Shown here: in pieces, positions 1-11,660 of the stretch
How the letters are laid out: every line of letters begins with the position of its first letter
How positions within the stretch are numbered: position 1 is the first letter of the stretch
Assembly: GCA_003971905.1 (NCBI GenBank)
Contig: RSEE01000069.1
Coordinates: 355,244-375,243, forward strand
Direction of reading: 5' to 3'
Length of the DNA stretch: 20,000 nucleotides
From: Moniliella sp. 'wahieum'
Taxonomy: Eukaryota
Program-made: the position numbers and the translations under genes
The notes under the pieces: generated by a model
What the model saw: only the letters and a program-made list of their open reading frames with translations
The model's database searches: none
What the model was told of the DNA's origin: nothing

Positions 1-39
1 GCAGAAGTGTAAAACACGTACAGGCATCACCCCTGTCAA

Positions 40-400
40 AGTTACGGTACCCCCTGGGTGGGCCCCCTTCAGGTTGGTTTGTATTTCGCCACGCAGCGTG
101 TCGACCTCGCTAACCCAGCCGCACTCTTGATGGTAATTCGGGTGTTGAATGAACAAGGATGGGGAGCGAGAAGCGGAGGAAAGGAGTGTGCGCCCCGCGA
201 CGCATCCGGCTTGGTGCGTAGCGAGAGGAAAGGACAGGAGGTGCCGCAGGTCCCCACGTGTTGGCTGGTGGCGAAGAAGCAGAAGCCGCACAGACGCGAC
301 GAGATCAAATCGGGCGCGGTGCCAGGCTTAGGCGGCGCGGCCGCACCCAGTGTGGATGAATATATGAATTGCGACTGCTTTGGCGCGCCAAGCCAGACGG
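40..400. repeat. Dispersed repeat block, homologous to ~12140-12640
   Basis: gggtgggcccccttcaggttggtttg vs gggtgggccgccttcaggttgatttg; acgcatccggcttg and gacgcgacgagat are shared by both blocks. Confidence 0.8.
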
Positions 401-639
401 TTACCCGTCAACCCCGACGGGGACCCTCAACCGGTTGGCCATGGCAACCCCGCCGCCATGAGCCACGCGCGGATGCGAGCGGACAGCCGCTCTTTCGGGG
501 CGGCGTGGCGGGTGCGGTCGACTGCGGTTGCTCGCCGGGCTGCTCGGTTTGCGGGGCGCCGCCTTCTTGCGCGGTTGGCGCAGCCGGGGCAAGTGCGAAG
601 CGTGCCTTGCCTTCGCCAATGGTGCTGCCTATGGCCAAA

Positions 640-1660
640 GCGCGCAGTGGAGGAACCCTCTCCTTGGGCGCCTTGCACGACTGCTGGGGACATTGATGTG
701 ACAACGGCGGCACGAGTGTGGGCGCTCCGAGTGCGTCTGGCCAATACGAAATGTCAGCAACTTGGGCCCCCACAGAAGGATATGAACCACGTACAGGTAT
801 CCCCACCAACAAAGGTGGCGCGCTGGGCCCATCTTGAGCCAGAGGCGGCCCCCCGCGGTGAAGCACATCCCGAAGGACAATCAGTAGCGGCACAACTTTT
901 CATCCTGTTGGCCCCACACCCCCATATCTGACCCACATTCCTCGGGCTTGGGCGAGGCTATCTGCAGATGCGCAGCCCCTGCTTCATGCACGACATCGCG
1001 GCAGAAGCTGGCAATGACTCGACCTACGCCTTTATCTTGCACCTCAAGTCCTTGCAGCGCTTGTCCGTTGTTTTCATCTGCAGCGCCCCCCGGTCAACGT
1101 TGGGACGGGCCATGGCAAACCGGCCTCGCCACCATCCGAGGTTGTCGTTGCCTAGCGGGGTGTTTAATCTGGTGCGGGGAATGCCTCTGCAGAGAGAGGG
1201 GGTGATCATTTGCTTATTCCATCGGCTATTCTCCATCGAGCGTATTCGCACCTTTTTAGCACATTGGTCAGCACATTACAGCACAGCAAGACTTGGGTGG
1301 TTTCGTACATGATGAATGAATAGTGGGTACATCGTGCATGACAGTGTGAAAAAGCATTTGCACGCCTAGCACCTGGGCGTGATAGTAAGGCAGGAGGGAA
1401 GGCGGGGGCGAGATAAGCGTGTCGGATGTAAACGCAAAAGAAACGGACTGACGAGATGCCACGCCGCGTCACGGTGTGCCTTGATGGCAGCGTCAATCCT
1501 TTTTCGGTCGCACCACCAACCACGTGAGACAGGAGCGATATGAGCCCAGTCTCATCAGGGGTACGAGCGGTCCCACTGCAATGGAAGGCGTCATATCCAA
1601 CCCCACCTTACCAGTAGCTGCGGATAGAACCAACCGGAATGCCGCCACTGATGGCACCCG
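640..1660 (-). pseudogene. CRE-like relic block, copy A (includes the region just upstream of the RT core)
   Basis: Reverse complement of ~990-1110 (ccaacgttgaccgg...gacttgaggtgcaagataaaggcgtaggtcgagtcattgccagcttctgccgcgatgtc) matches young copy 14206-14320 (ccgacgctgaccgg...gatctcgaggttcaagacaaggatgtggaccgtgctgctgctagcttctcccgcgacgtg). The block is repeated at ~8047-8720 and ~10570-11660. Confidence 0.7.
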
Positions 1661-2010
1661 AAAGCCTAAGCCACCCATACAGGCTGGCAATGTGGAATGA
1701 GCTCTGTCCCACTTGTGAACGTTTGCATCATTCGGACGCGCCACCCTGATTGCCTTTACCTCAAAGCAGAGCTGCTTGCCAATCTGGTTGACGCGGACCG
1801 CCAGATCCTCCGTCCTCATTGAACGAAGCGGATGCCGAAGTTTGGCTGCAGAGCGACCTGCAACAAAGCAGGCGGTCCTGCAGCGGCAACCCGTGCAAGG
1901 AGGTACAAAGCCGCCTGGGCCGCAACCCCACCGTCGTGTCCTGAGGACGCAGCGTACGAACTGCCCGCCCTAGCATGCCTGTTTTGACCTGGAGGTGCGC
2001 ACAGGCGAAA
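1640..2010 (-). pseudogene. CRE-like RT C-terminal/thumb relic
   Basis: SLHGLPLQDRLL and MRTEDL...LPACMGGLGF match ALHGLLLQDRLL and MRTDDL...LPARSGGLGF of the young copy; frameshifted. Confidence 0.8.
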
Positions 2011-2059
2011 CAATCAGAATGCTGACGCTCTGAAGAGTCCTTCCGCATAGCTGGAGGTC

Positions 2060-2800
2060 AGGTCACCTCCGGGTCCGCCCTGAGGGAGGCGCAAACATCG
2101 AGCGAGGAGCCTCCCTGCAAGCCCGCCTTCGGGAAGAGCAAGCAGGTTGAACACATCGTGATCGTCGAGATGATCTAGGTAGGCAATTCCTAAGCGACCT
2201 GGGGCGTGTTTGAATCGAAGCGGCACCATCGTGCTGCCCGGCAGCGAGGGCACAGTGCACTCCACCGCTTGAATGATCTGCATTTCGGCCGCCGCTAGAT
2301 TGGGCTGAGACCGCCGACACCGACTGGATGGCATAGCGCGTGCGCGCATGAGCTGTTGGTGCTACGTTCGTTCCCACCGGGCTTGTTCAGCGCCTCACGG
2401 AAGGGACCACATGATTTGCCACGACTTCCAGGCGGCGGGCAAGGCGGAGGAGAAGGTGGTGGTGGAAAGAGAAGGAACAAGTTCAACTTGACTGCGCCAG
2501 GGGGGGTTAGCCGCTTGTTGGGCTCACCCGTCACCGGTCACCCGTCACCGCGTCACTGCATCATTTCAATCGTGCAACTATCATCGATCATCGATCATCG
2601 GGCGACGGAAAGCGCCTCCAACGCCCAGACGAACCTCTTGCCGCCGCCAGCTGCCCCTCCCGCCTTGCTCCCGACCCACACTCTGCCCCGCGGCCAGATC
2701 GACATCCCACTATGCACCATCGCCTCGTTCCCCTCGCTCTTGGCGTAGATGAGAGGAACAACAGTCAGGTAGGGGCGGTTCACATGCATTCCATGCCGAC
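2060..2800 (-). pseudogene. Probable N-terminal relic of the CRE-like ORF
   Basis: AYLDHLDDHDVFNLLALPEGGLA resembles, from memory, the Cnl1/MoTeR N-terminal 'AFL..PSD.TLFDILALPKVGL' block. GMSIWPRGRVWVG may be a decayed C-x-C-GRVC zinc-finger piece; a Pro-rich linker lies between the two. Confidence 0.45.
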
Positions 2801-3399
2801 CGGCTGTTTGGGAGGATGAACGTACGAAGAAAACCGCAGGGAGCCCGTGAGTGCGGTCCCTCACATCGCAAGTCAGAGTCGACCATCACGCAAACACGCC
2901 TCTCAAGCAAGGACGACAGACACAGGGCTTCATCCAGCCCACCAGGTCTAGGGCGCGCCGGGACCACCACACTGGTTGGCTACTTTCGGCCCAGCTTTGG
3001 CAATGGCGGCGGGACGGGAACAGGGGTCTGGACGGACCTCACCATTTTCAGGTACCGACACGTTCTTACAGGCGTCCTGATGGCGAGGTTGATGGCTCGA
3101 GCCACCTCCTTACCCCAAATGACAGAGCAAAACGAGGCCAGCACACCAATTTGACTGGACTCACTGCCATACTACTCGAGGAGCAAGTAACCAAGAGTGC
3201 CTTGGACACATTGGTCAAAGTAGCGAGTCCAGAACATTGTGCGGATTCTTGCCCGTCTTGCATTCTTGGGCTGCCAAAGCACCCGGAATGCCTAGTCCGG
3301 CTCCTAAGCTGTGGTTTGCAACATGATTAGCAGGGAAACCAAGCAAAAGCCCCTTGATCCATGCCTTACCGGGGTGGTGCGTTTGGATCAGGTTATCCT

Positions 3400-4470
3400 T
3401 AACCTTAGCTCGCACAGCGGAAATGTAACCACAGGCGCACTTACCCGCAGGGAAGACCAAGGGAACAGAGCGAGTAGGCACCTGTTGCACAAGGATTGTA
3501 TATTGGCGCTTTGCTTTGGCCTCCGTGTCGAACAAGGTGTTCACTCCTTACACAGCGCGTGTGCCTGAGGGACGGCGGCGAGCGGATGGCAAACACGACG
3601 TAGAATAGGCGTCGCGCGTCTTGTCTCTGAAGGACGAAGGGGGTAGGCCGTTGGATATGGATGGGCCCTTTGGAGCAACTGTGCGTTTGCCATCGCGATT
3701 CCAGTGGGGCGACAGTGGCGTAGGAGCGCCCGATTCGCTGCGGGTTGTTGATGGCTCGGGCTCTACTATCGTGGCCGGAATGTCCCGCAACCCAGTCATG
3801 CCCCGTGGCCAGGAAATGTGAACGCTGGATTTGAGGGCACCACCGACCTCCAGCTGGGATCAAGCGCTTCTGCTTTTTCGATCAGCCAGGAGCCGAAGCG
3901 ATGTAGTCACAGGAGGCAGCAGCTTCGTATGCTGGCGGCGAGCAAAACCGTCGTCTTTTCCTTGTGTCAGGACGATGAGCGGGCTCGAATCCCTCTGGTT
4001 GGCTGCCGATCACCTGGCCCACACACACGTTCACCTTGGTGCCCAGTCGATGCGTTGGCCTGTAGAGCAAAGCCAAGAGGAGAGAGCAAGAGTGATTTGC
4101 CAAAGCGACGGGCATCGGGATGCCAACTTGGTTCTACCATTGACCGACCACATTGCTCCGATCATCGCCCCGGATGACTTGCCTGGTGCCATTGCTGCTC
4201 ACCTACCCAGGGGAGTTGGCCCGTGCCAGATCCGTTTCTCCGCCTCGAGCGAAACAGATGGCGGAGGGGTTGCTGCAAGCACGAACCGCAAAATAACAAC
4301 CGGTGGGGCACAGGGAGAGATTTCAGGCAGGGGTAGCGAGAGGTTTGATCCACATTCTGGACTCGCACGAGCATCAGTCAGGTGATAATATCCCCAATGC
4401 AGAAGCCCAGGATCTTGGCACGTTGCGCTTGCACATCTTGTACGCTGTATTTGAAGTCGATCCACGTTAC
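3400..4470 (-). pseudogene. CRE-like relic spanning RT end, thumb and endonuclease C-terminus
   Basis: SVQDVQAQRAKILGFCIG...DQTSRYPCLKSLPVPHRLLFCGSCLQQPLRHLFRS vs young SVQEMQPQGAKVLGSCIG...DQASRYPALHGLLLQDRLLLLRPCLQHNLRHLLRC; IPATIVEPEP vs IPATEVETEP; LFDTEAKAKRQY...SVPLVFPAG vs FVETAAKDKHRKY...FVPLVFTAG. Confidence 0.8.
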
Positions 4471-5239
4471 ACATTGGAACTGTTTCCTGCTCGGGCCCTT
4501 CGCCGCGATCGCCTTCTGGAATGAAATGCTCAGCTGACGCACAATCTGCCGCACTCTCCCTTGGTCTTGATTCCCATCTGGGAGGAGAGTGGGAAGGGCA
4601 CTCTAATATGCAACAGTAGAATATTCGCCTCAACACGAGACGGAGCCTGGAAGCATATCACTTGGCAGCTTCCACAGCGTCATCATGTTAAGGGATGGCC
4701 AAGTGTAAAGCGATGTCGGACCGCTAACATTTCCCACGTAAATGAAAAACGGGCACTGGTTTGACCCATGTTCTTGCCGTAGTGCTCGGACATTCTTGAC
4801 CATTCATCTCCGTCTGCTTACCCGTGCCTGTACGTTCCGGCCTGCTAAGCGCGTCGATCAGTATATCATACCAGAGAAAGTGTGGGTGGGGATCGTCGTC
4901 GTACATATAAAAAAAGTAGAAATAATCATGACCCCGGTATTGAATAGGGCCGTGCGGATGATCGTTTTTGGCTTTTAGTATGAAAGGCGCTGACGGTCGG
5001 CGGCAGCAAGCTTGAGGTGAGAAATACATTCGCCATGTGGAAGGCATTGAGTATCGTAGAGGTTTTTGCGGTCTGTGAGGGGGGAGTGCGTCTGAGAAGG
5101 GCTTGGGCTGCTGCTGGAACCAGGCCAGACTTCGACCCATGGGTGGGGATCAATGCGGTTTCCATGTTGTAGAACCCCCAGACTCTGGGAAGGGAGGACC
5201 TGGCCGGTCGGTCCGGGGCGGCGGAGGCGTGAGGGCCGC

Positions 5240-5460
5240 GAGTTGGGGAAGGGAGAACAAAGGGAGGCGCAATCAGGCAACAGCCCTGGTGCGACTGGCG
5301 AGTAAAGAGGCGAGGTGGAGGATTCACTCCGGCACAGCTCGGGTAGGTGGTCGCCAGTCCACCTGACCAACAAGCGCGCCCAGTGAGGCAGTTACATCCA
5401 TGATCGGTATCCAATCGAGTGAGGCTCATCAACCCGGTCTCCATCCTCTTCAGGGGTCCA
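5240..5460. repeat. Dispersed repeat block, homologous to ~9990-10210
   Basis: gattcactccggcac is identical at 5321-5335 and 10053-10067; ggtggtcgccag and atcctcttcagggg are also shared. Confidence 0.75.
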
Positions 5461-5808
5461 ACGAGGGGATGAAGAGCAGCCGCACGTCCCCCGGACCAGC
5501 TCTACCTACGCGCCCGTCCCGTAGCACAGCAGCATCGAGCAGGATCTGCTCTTCGCCAGCCGTAGCGGCCTGCCCTGCTGGCGCATCCGCAGGGGGCGGG
5601 AAGCGTGCCCTGCCTTTGCCAATATCCTGCATTGCCGCCTTGCGCAACTGGCTTGGAGGACGTGGATGCGACGAGTTAAGGACTTGCTTGAGTGCACGCA
5701 CAATGCCTTTGAAGTTCCGTCCAGCTAATGGGAAAAGTCAGCAACTACAGGGTTCCAGCAGAAGGGTGTGGACACGTACAGGCATCACCGCCATCGAAGT
5801 TGCGATAC

Positions 5809-5869
5809 TGTAGAGTAGCGGAGTCTACCAGGCAAGGCAAAGGGAATGGGTGTGGTCCGATACTCAACA
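5809..5869 (-). repeat. 3' LTR, 61 bp, TGTTG...CTACA
   Basis: Minus strand TGTTGAGTATCGG...CGCTACTCTACA directly follows a polypurine tract; 5809-5836 is identical to 8019-8046. Confidence 0.8.
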
Positions 5870-5879
5870 CTCCTCCTCA
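5870..5879 (-). promoter_or_regulatory. Polypurine tract
   Basis: TGAGGAGGAG immediately precedes the TG of the 3' LTR. Confidence 0.75.
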
Positions 5880-5929
5880 TCAAGCTTGGCAGCAAACGGT
5901 TAAGCCAAAGAAAAAATGCCCAGCTTGAT

Positions 5930-7413
5930 GTTGTGATCAACGAACCGAGGACGCGGGAGAGCCTTTTTGTGAACCCGTCGGCCAGCATCTCTTGCGTGGG
6001 AGCATAAACGAACTTGAGCTCACCAGACCGATGCACCTCGTGCAGACGTTGGAGCTCAACGTCGTCGAAATGTTTGGTCCGAGCATGCACCGAGTGGTCT
6101 TGGATGAACGCCAGTGCCCCCTGGTTGTCACAGTGAATGGCAATCGGGCCCTCCTGAATACCAAGATCCTTGACCAGCTGTTTTCAACCACGTGCCCTCC
6201 TTCATTGCGACAAATACAGAATGCAACTCGGCTTCCTGGGTACTGAGAGCAACTTTGGTTTGCTTCTTCGTGTACCATGCCAATGGTCCCCTGGCCAGAA
6301 TAAACACACCGCCACTCAGGCTCCGACGATCCCAGTTCTCTGCAAGTTAGCGTCACACCATCCTTGCAGCCCTCCAGCAGCGGCATCTCGCTTGTAGACA
6401 ATCTCAGTGTTTGCGCTATGTCCAACATAGGAAGTGAGATTCTTGAGCAAGTCCGAGCGATGGAGTTGGGCTTCTGCTGGAAACGAGTAATAACGAAGGG
6501 CATAGCAAAGATCGGGACGCGTACCAATTGCTTGATAAAGAACCGAGCCGACAGCAGCGCGATAGTTGATGGAGAACCCTTTTACCTTCTGCTCCTCCTG
6601 CTCCTCCTGCTCCTCCTGCTCCTCCTGCTCCTCCAGCTCCTCCAGCTCCTCCTTGACCGCCGCCAACGCTTCGTCAGTCCGTTCTTGGGCATGGGTAGCG
6701 TGCGTGGCTTTGCGCCTTCCAATCCGAAGCGAGCCGGAAGCATCCTTGAAGCCCCAGCCTGATCTAGTGAAAAATGCCAATGGCGCGGTCATACTCCACC
6801 CTAAAACCCAGAGCCGATCGCACAGGGCCAAGTGAGTTGATGACGACCTTGGGTTCGAAGCTTGGCCAGAACAGCGGCGGACAAGGACTCCGAAGGACTG
6901 CTAATGATGACATCGTCCACCCAAGTGATCCAGTACATGCACCGAGTACCGTCATGCAACTGGTAGAGACAGGGGTCACTGGGCATCGTCACAAAACCAA
7001 TAGCAAGGAGGGCATCATAGAGCATCTCGTACCAGGGCGGGCTGCTTGCTTTGTCCCGTATAAACTCTTGACCAAACGCAACACCTTCCCTGGGGGCACA
7101 TCTGTTACCCTTCGGGAACCGCAATGGACAATCCTCATTCAGTGTGCTTTGAGTAAACGCATTCTCGCATCCCAATGAAGAAGAACCGCACCTGTGAGCA
7201 CCACTTGCGTGCAGAGAGCCCGCCAAGTTGTCAACCTGCCAACCGGAGCGTACGTGTCAAAGTAGTCCACCCTTCGACCTGGTTAAAACCGTGGACCACC
7301 AGTCGAGCCTTGAACCGAGTCACTTGTCCCGCGGCGTCGCGCTTGACCTTAAACACCCACTTTGTGCTTAGAGCACGCTGCCCCGTGGCAGCGCTGAGGA
7401 GTCCACATCCCAT
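5930..7413 (-). pseudogene. pol: Copia reverse transcriptase + RNase H, frameshifted
   Basis: [38 protein letters not shown]...WVDDVII; YRAAVGSVLYQAIGTRPDLCYA; LQGWCDAN; HARTKHFD...TQEMLADGFTKRL. Confidence 0.92.
6589..6651. repeat. 9-bp tandem repeat x7 (CTGCTCCTC x5, CAGCTCCTC x2)
   Basis: Read directly; encodes EEL/EEQ repeats in frame in the Copia RT. Confidence 0.95.
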
Positions 7414-7539
7414 TCTTGGTCTTGAGAGAGCAAGAATAACTTAATCACATTCATATTCAGCTCCGACTTGGCAACGTCCGTGCGGCCATCGGTGCCTCCT
7501 CTTAATACCGTTCATCACAGCATACCAGTAATGAAGATC

Positions 7540-7955
7540 CTTGGGTTGCTCCCAAGATCAGCCAAACCGGCCACAATCACATCCAAACGACCAAGGAAAT
7601 CTGCCATGGACTCAGTCGGCCTCTTGCGTGCCGAGAACTCATGAGTCAGATCGAATTCGCGGCTGGCAGTGCTTCCAGCGTAATCGGTTTCGAGACATTT
7701 CCACATTTGAAGCGCGTTGTGAGCAGCCGAAGATGGACTGGATGTCCTTGCTGACCGAGAAGGCGATGGCGCTTTGGCCATCTTATCAGCTTTAATCTCA
7801 GCCGGAGTAGCTTTCTCGTCGGGCGCCTCTTCAACGAGGGCTCCGTCATAATCGTTGGCACTTAGAAGCATCTTGATCTACCACGACCGTGCGGGATAAT
7901 TAGAAATTCCCACAAGCGGTTCGATCTCGACTTTGTTGTCAAACATGGACGACAT
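7540..7955 (-). pseudogene. gag: Copia gag N-terminal remnant
   Basis: MSSMFDNKVEIEPLVGISNY..W..KMLL...KADKMAKA...NALQMWKCLETDY...ESMADFLGRLDVIVAGLADLG is a typical Copia gag pattern, with a stop and frameshift. Confidence 0.8.
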
Positions 7956-8006
7956 CTTGGCGAATGATGAGAAGGCGAGAGAGAAGAGGGAAGAAGCGAT
8001 TGAAGT

Positions 8007-8018
8007 GGGCTCGTTACC
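8007..8018 (-). promoter_or_regulatory. Primer-binding site (GGTAACGAGCCC)
   Basis: Abuts the CA end of the 5' LTR; two mismatches from GGTTATGAGCCC, the half-tRNA-iMet type PBS of fungal Copia elements. Confidence 0.75.
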
Positions 8019-8046
8019 TGTAGAGTAGCGGAGTCTACCAGGCAAG
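8019..8046 (-). repeat. Truncated 5' LTR remnant, 28 bp
   Basis: tgtagagtagcggagtctaccaggcaag is identical to 5809-5836. Confidence 0.85.
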
Positions 8047-8720
8047 CTATTCCCACCAACACAGTGGGTGCGCTGGCCCATCATGGGTGGTAGGTAAGCC
8101 CAAGGAGAGGCGGGCACCGCGGCTGAGCACATCACGAATGACAACCACTAGTGGTACTGCTTTTCATCCTGTTGGCCGTACACTCCCATGTCTGACCCTC
8201 ATTTCGTGGGCTTGAGCGAGGCGATCTCTAGATGCGCGTTCCCTGATTCCTGCACCACATTGCGGCAGAAGCTGGTAATGTCTCGATCCATGCCTTTATC
8301 ATCAGGTTCTTGCAGAGCTTGTCCGTCGTTTTCATCTGAAGCGCCCTCCGGTTAACGTTGGGACGGGCCCTCGCGAACGGCCCCGCCACCATCCGAGGTT
8401 GTCGTTGCCTGGCGGAGTGTTTAACCTGACGCGGAGGCGATACCTCTGGAGAGCGCGGGGCGATCACTTGCTTTTCCATCGGCTATTCTCCACCGTCTAT
8501 TAGCATATTCGCACCTGTTAACGCACTGGTAAGTACATTATACCACAGCAAGGCTTGGGTGACTTCGTACTGGTGAACAGATAGTGGGTACATCGAGCAT
8601 GATAGTGTGAAAATGGATTGGCAGTCTGGCAATCCGGCGTGTGGTGGTGGTAGGGCGGCAAGGTAGGGGGGGCGCGAGAGGTGTGCCGGATGTAACGAAG
8701 GGGACCGACGTAACCTCGCG
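8047..8720 (-). pseudogene. CRE-like relic block, copy B (homologous to ~800-1450)
   Basis: ttttcatcctgttggcc is identical at 897-913 and 8161-8177; gcggcagaagctgg, ccaccatccgaggttgtcgttgcct and atagtgggtacatcg are also shared. Confidence 0.85.
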
Positions 8721-10569
8721 ACGGGAGCAGTCCGTCCTGCGCGTATCACGCAGAAGCGGCCCATTGCGGTTGCTTGCGGGGCGCTCGGCTTGCGTCCGCT
8801 GCCGCCGTTTGTCGTTGCAGCCACGAATATCACAACCCAGCCCCCATCCCCTGTCATGAACAGCAGCTGTGGACTTCCACTGCAGCAGGGTGCGCTGCTG
8901 ACGGCGGTAAGGCACTTGCCGTGTTGGCCAGACACAGCTGGCTTCCACGCAGGCCTGGTGCACAGCTGCTAAAGCAGGCGCGTCGAGCGCGTCGGACACT
9001 GGTTGCGCACGTCCCTTGCTGCCCAAAGCCCAACCCGCGCCTTCCGCACAACATGGGGAGAGCAGTGCGCACCTTGCCTTGCGAGGGCGGCGTCAACCGG
9101 AGCAGTGCCTGCACTTTCACTGCGTCCGCGTCGCATGCGCTGGCTAAGAGACATTGATACAACCACTCGCTTTGGGCCAGCACGTTCGTCCCAATTACTG
9201 CTGGGACTGTGTTTGCTCTGGGTCGATTGTCAGAAACTCGCACCACAAGAGAGTACAAGGAAGCGGAGGCAACGTACCATCACCACAACCTGGGCCAGCA
9301 AGCTTCGTTGAAACGCAGGTGCGCACTAAGTGTTGCAGAGATACCGCTCATATGGGCAGCAGCTAATCCTATCGTTGGTAACGGCGGCGACTTTGTAGGG
9401 ACTTTGTAGGGCATGGACAAGATGTACAGCACTGCACGCAAGCAGTATCAGGGCCTCATGAAGCAGCGCCGCCGCACTGGAAGAATAGCGGAACCAGTCC
9501 CCAACGTTGCAGTCGCCACGCGGTCGTTTGATGGCGAACGATGTTCCTTGGGCGGTGGGGTTGAGAGGCGTCGGTGTAGTGGGATCGCTGCGATATACGC
9601 CGTGCAGCCGCAAGGAATGAATGGACATGTTTGGGTCTCCTGGGATGCAGTACCGGCAACGAGTTCCCCAAGATGATGCACCTTAGATGTGCACGTAACG
9701 TACAAGCAAGTACAAGCAAGACAGCTTAGATCCCCTTGGGTTAAACATGGCAAGGAGGCCATTAAGCCAGACCAGATTGACGGGATGGTATACCTGCGGG
9801 CTTGGATATCTTCGTTATGACCCGCGGCACACACGCGCTCGTGGGGGCACTGATTCTTGCCGGACAACCTGAACGAGACAATTCCAGGGACTGGGGCCGC
9901 TCCAACGACTGCCGCCGCGATGACTGCTCCAACCGTTGCATGCACATGGGAATGGCACCAGGTGTATCGCCCAGCGCCACCGGCGGGGGCCGAGAGGGGC
10001 AGGAGGGGGAACACATGCTCAGGGAGGGGGGAAGAGAAGATGCGAGGCTGATGATTCACTCCGGCACGGCTCGGGTGGTTGGGTGGTCGCCAGCCCACCC
10101 GACCGGCAAGCGCGGCGAGCCAAGCGTCGCATCAATCATCAGTATTCAATCGGGAGCGATGTTCACTGACGCTAACCACACCATATGCATCCTCTTCAGG
10201 GGTTCGAGATGTGGCGCCCATCATCCCCCTGAATAGCCATGACAGGCTTGGTCTCGTGCACGAGTGAAGCGATGGAACTAAGGGGGCCGCCCTGCTCGTT
10301 CAGCAAACGCGGTCTCTGGCAGCAGGCACGCGTGTCGCCGCAGACCGTAGAGATGGAGAGTCGGCGGCGACAGGGTTAGATGCTGAAGGCAGCCCACGGC
10401 GGCCGCTTGCCCTCCACACCCGTTTCCTGTGCCAGGAATGGCCCAGCACAACAGAACAGCATCGAACAGCACGTGCTCCACATTTGCACCTTGGTGGCCT
10501 TCCATTAAGGCACAATCTGCGGGGGTGTGAAGCATGCTTTGCCTTGGCTGGTGGCGCAGCGCCGATGGA

Positions 10570-11660
10570 CAACAGGGAAGTGGCGTATCGGCATACCCTC
10601 AATTGGTGCCTTGAACAACTGGGTGAGGGAGCGTTGACGTGACGATTTGGAGGGCTGCATGACGCGTCTGATCCTATTGCCTCCAGTGCTGCGCTGCTCG
10701 ATGAGAACTGTCAGCAACTTGGGCCACACAGAAGAAGATGGACCACGTACAAGCGTCGACATCCACACCAACGAAGTTGGGAACTGGACCCATCCTGGAT
10801 GGGGAATCACCGAGAGAGGTGTGCAGCGCGACTAGGTACATCCCCAGGGGCGATCATAGTAGCACAGCTCCTCCTTCTGTTGGTCTCACACCACCATGCT
10901 GCCCCCCATTCCTCAAGCGTGAGCGAGGCCATCTCCGGGTGCGCGTCTCGTTCATCGACACAACGTCGCGGTACGCGCTGGCAATGAATGGTTCGATCCA
11001 CGTCTTTATAATAGACCCCAAGCTCTCTTGCCAAGCGTGCCCATTGTGTTCATTGGGAACACCCCGGTCCACATAGGCGAACGGGACCTGGCAGCCCCCC
11101 CGCCACCACTCGAAGTTGTCGTTGCCTGGCAGAGTGATGAATCTGGTGCGCAGGCGATACCTCTGCAGCTGGCGGAGCGATCCCTTCTTGTTCCATCAGC
11201 GATTGGGCTCCGGCAAGCATATTTGTACCTGTTTAGTGCGCTGGTCAGTATATCACAGTAGAGTAAGGTATGGGTGCTTTCGTACCAGAGAAACACATAG
11301 TCGGTAGAGCGGTACCAACGCTGCGCAAGACAGCGTACAAAGGATTCGCACGTCTAGCAATTCGGCGTGGCCGTAAGGCCGAAAAGAAAGCGGCGGCACG
11401 ATAGGCTTTTGCGGATGTAAACGCAACAGAAACGGAACGACAAGATGCCACGCCGCGTCGCAGTGTACCTTGATGGAAGCGGAACCCGTCTTGGTCGCAA
11501 CACCGCCATGGAGGACATGAGCGATAAGAGCCCAGCCTCGTTCGTCGATGGAGGAAGCAGTGGGACGAGCAGCCTCACAGCAATGGAGGGCCCATATCCA
11601 ACCCCACCTTACCAGTGCAACTGCTGGCAAAAATACCGGAATGTCGTCATTGTTGGCACC
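10570..11660 (-). pseudogene. CRE-like relic block, copy C (homologous to ~640-1660)
   Basis: agatgccacgccgcgtc is identical at 1454-1470 and 11443-11459; tgtcagcaacttgggcc and catatccaaccccaccttaccagt are also shared. Confidence 0.85.

Larger units (their letters stand above)
5809..8046 (-). mobile_element. Internally deleted, degenerate Ty1/Copia LTR retrotransposon
   Basis: Terminal direct repeat, PBS, PPT, gag N-terminus and Copia RT/RNase H motifs occur in the correct order; protease and integrase are absent. Confidence 0.92.

Noticed and set aside
1400..1530. IKxHxDAAWH as a C2H2 zinc finger
   Set aside because: It aligns at least as well to the post-thumb RTWMSVVP segment; ambiguous by eye.
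3262..3285. Possible 28S target remnant (minus CTTTGGCAGCCCAAG) after an old relic's 3' end
   Set aside because: Too short and gapped, with no extension; could be chance.
5808..8046. 29-bp direct repeat as a target-site duplication
   Set aside because: It is flanked by a PBS at one copy and extends to a PPT at the other, so it is LTR sequence.
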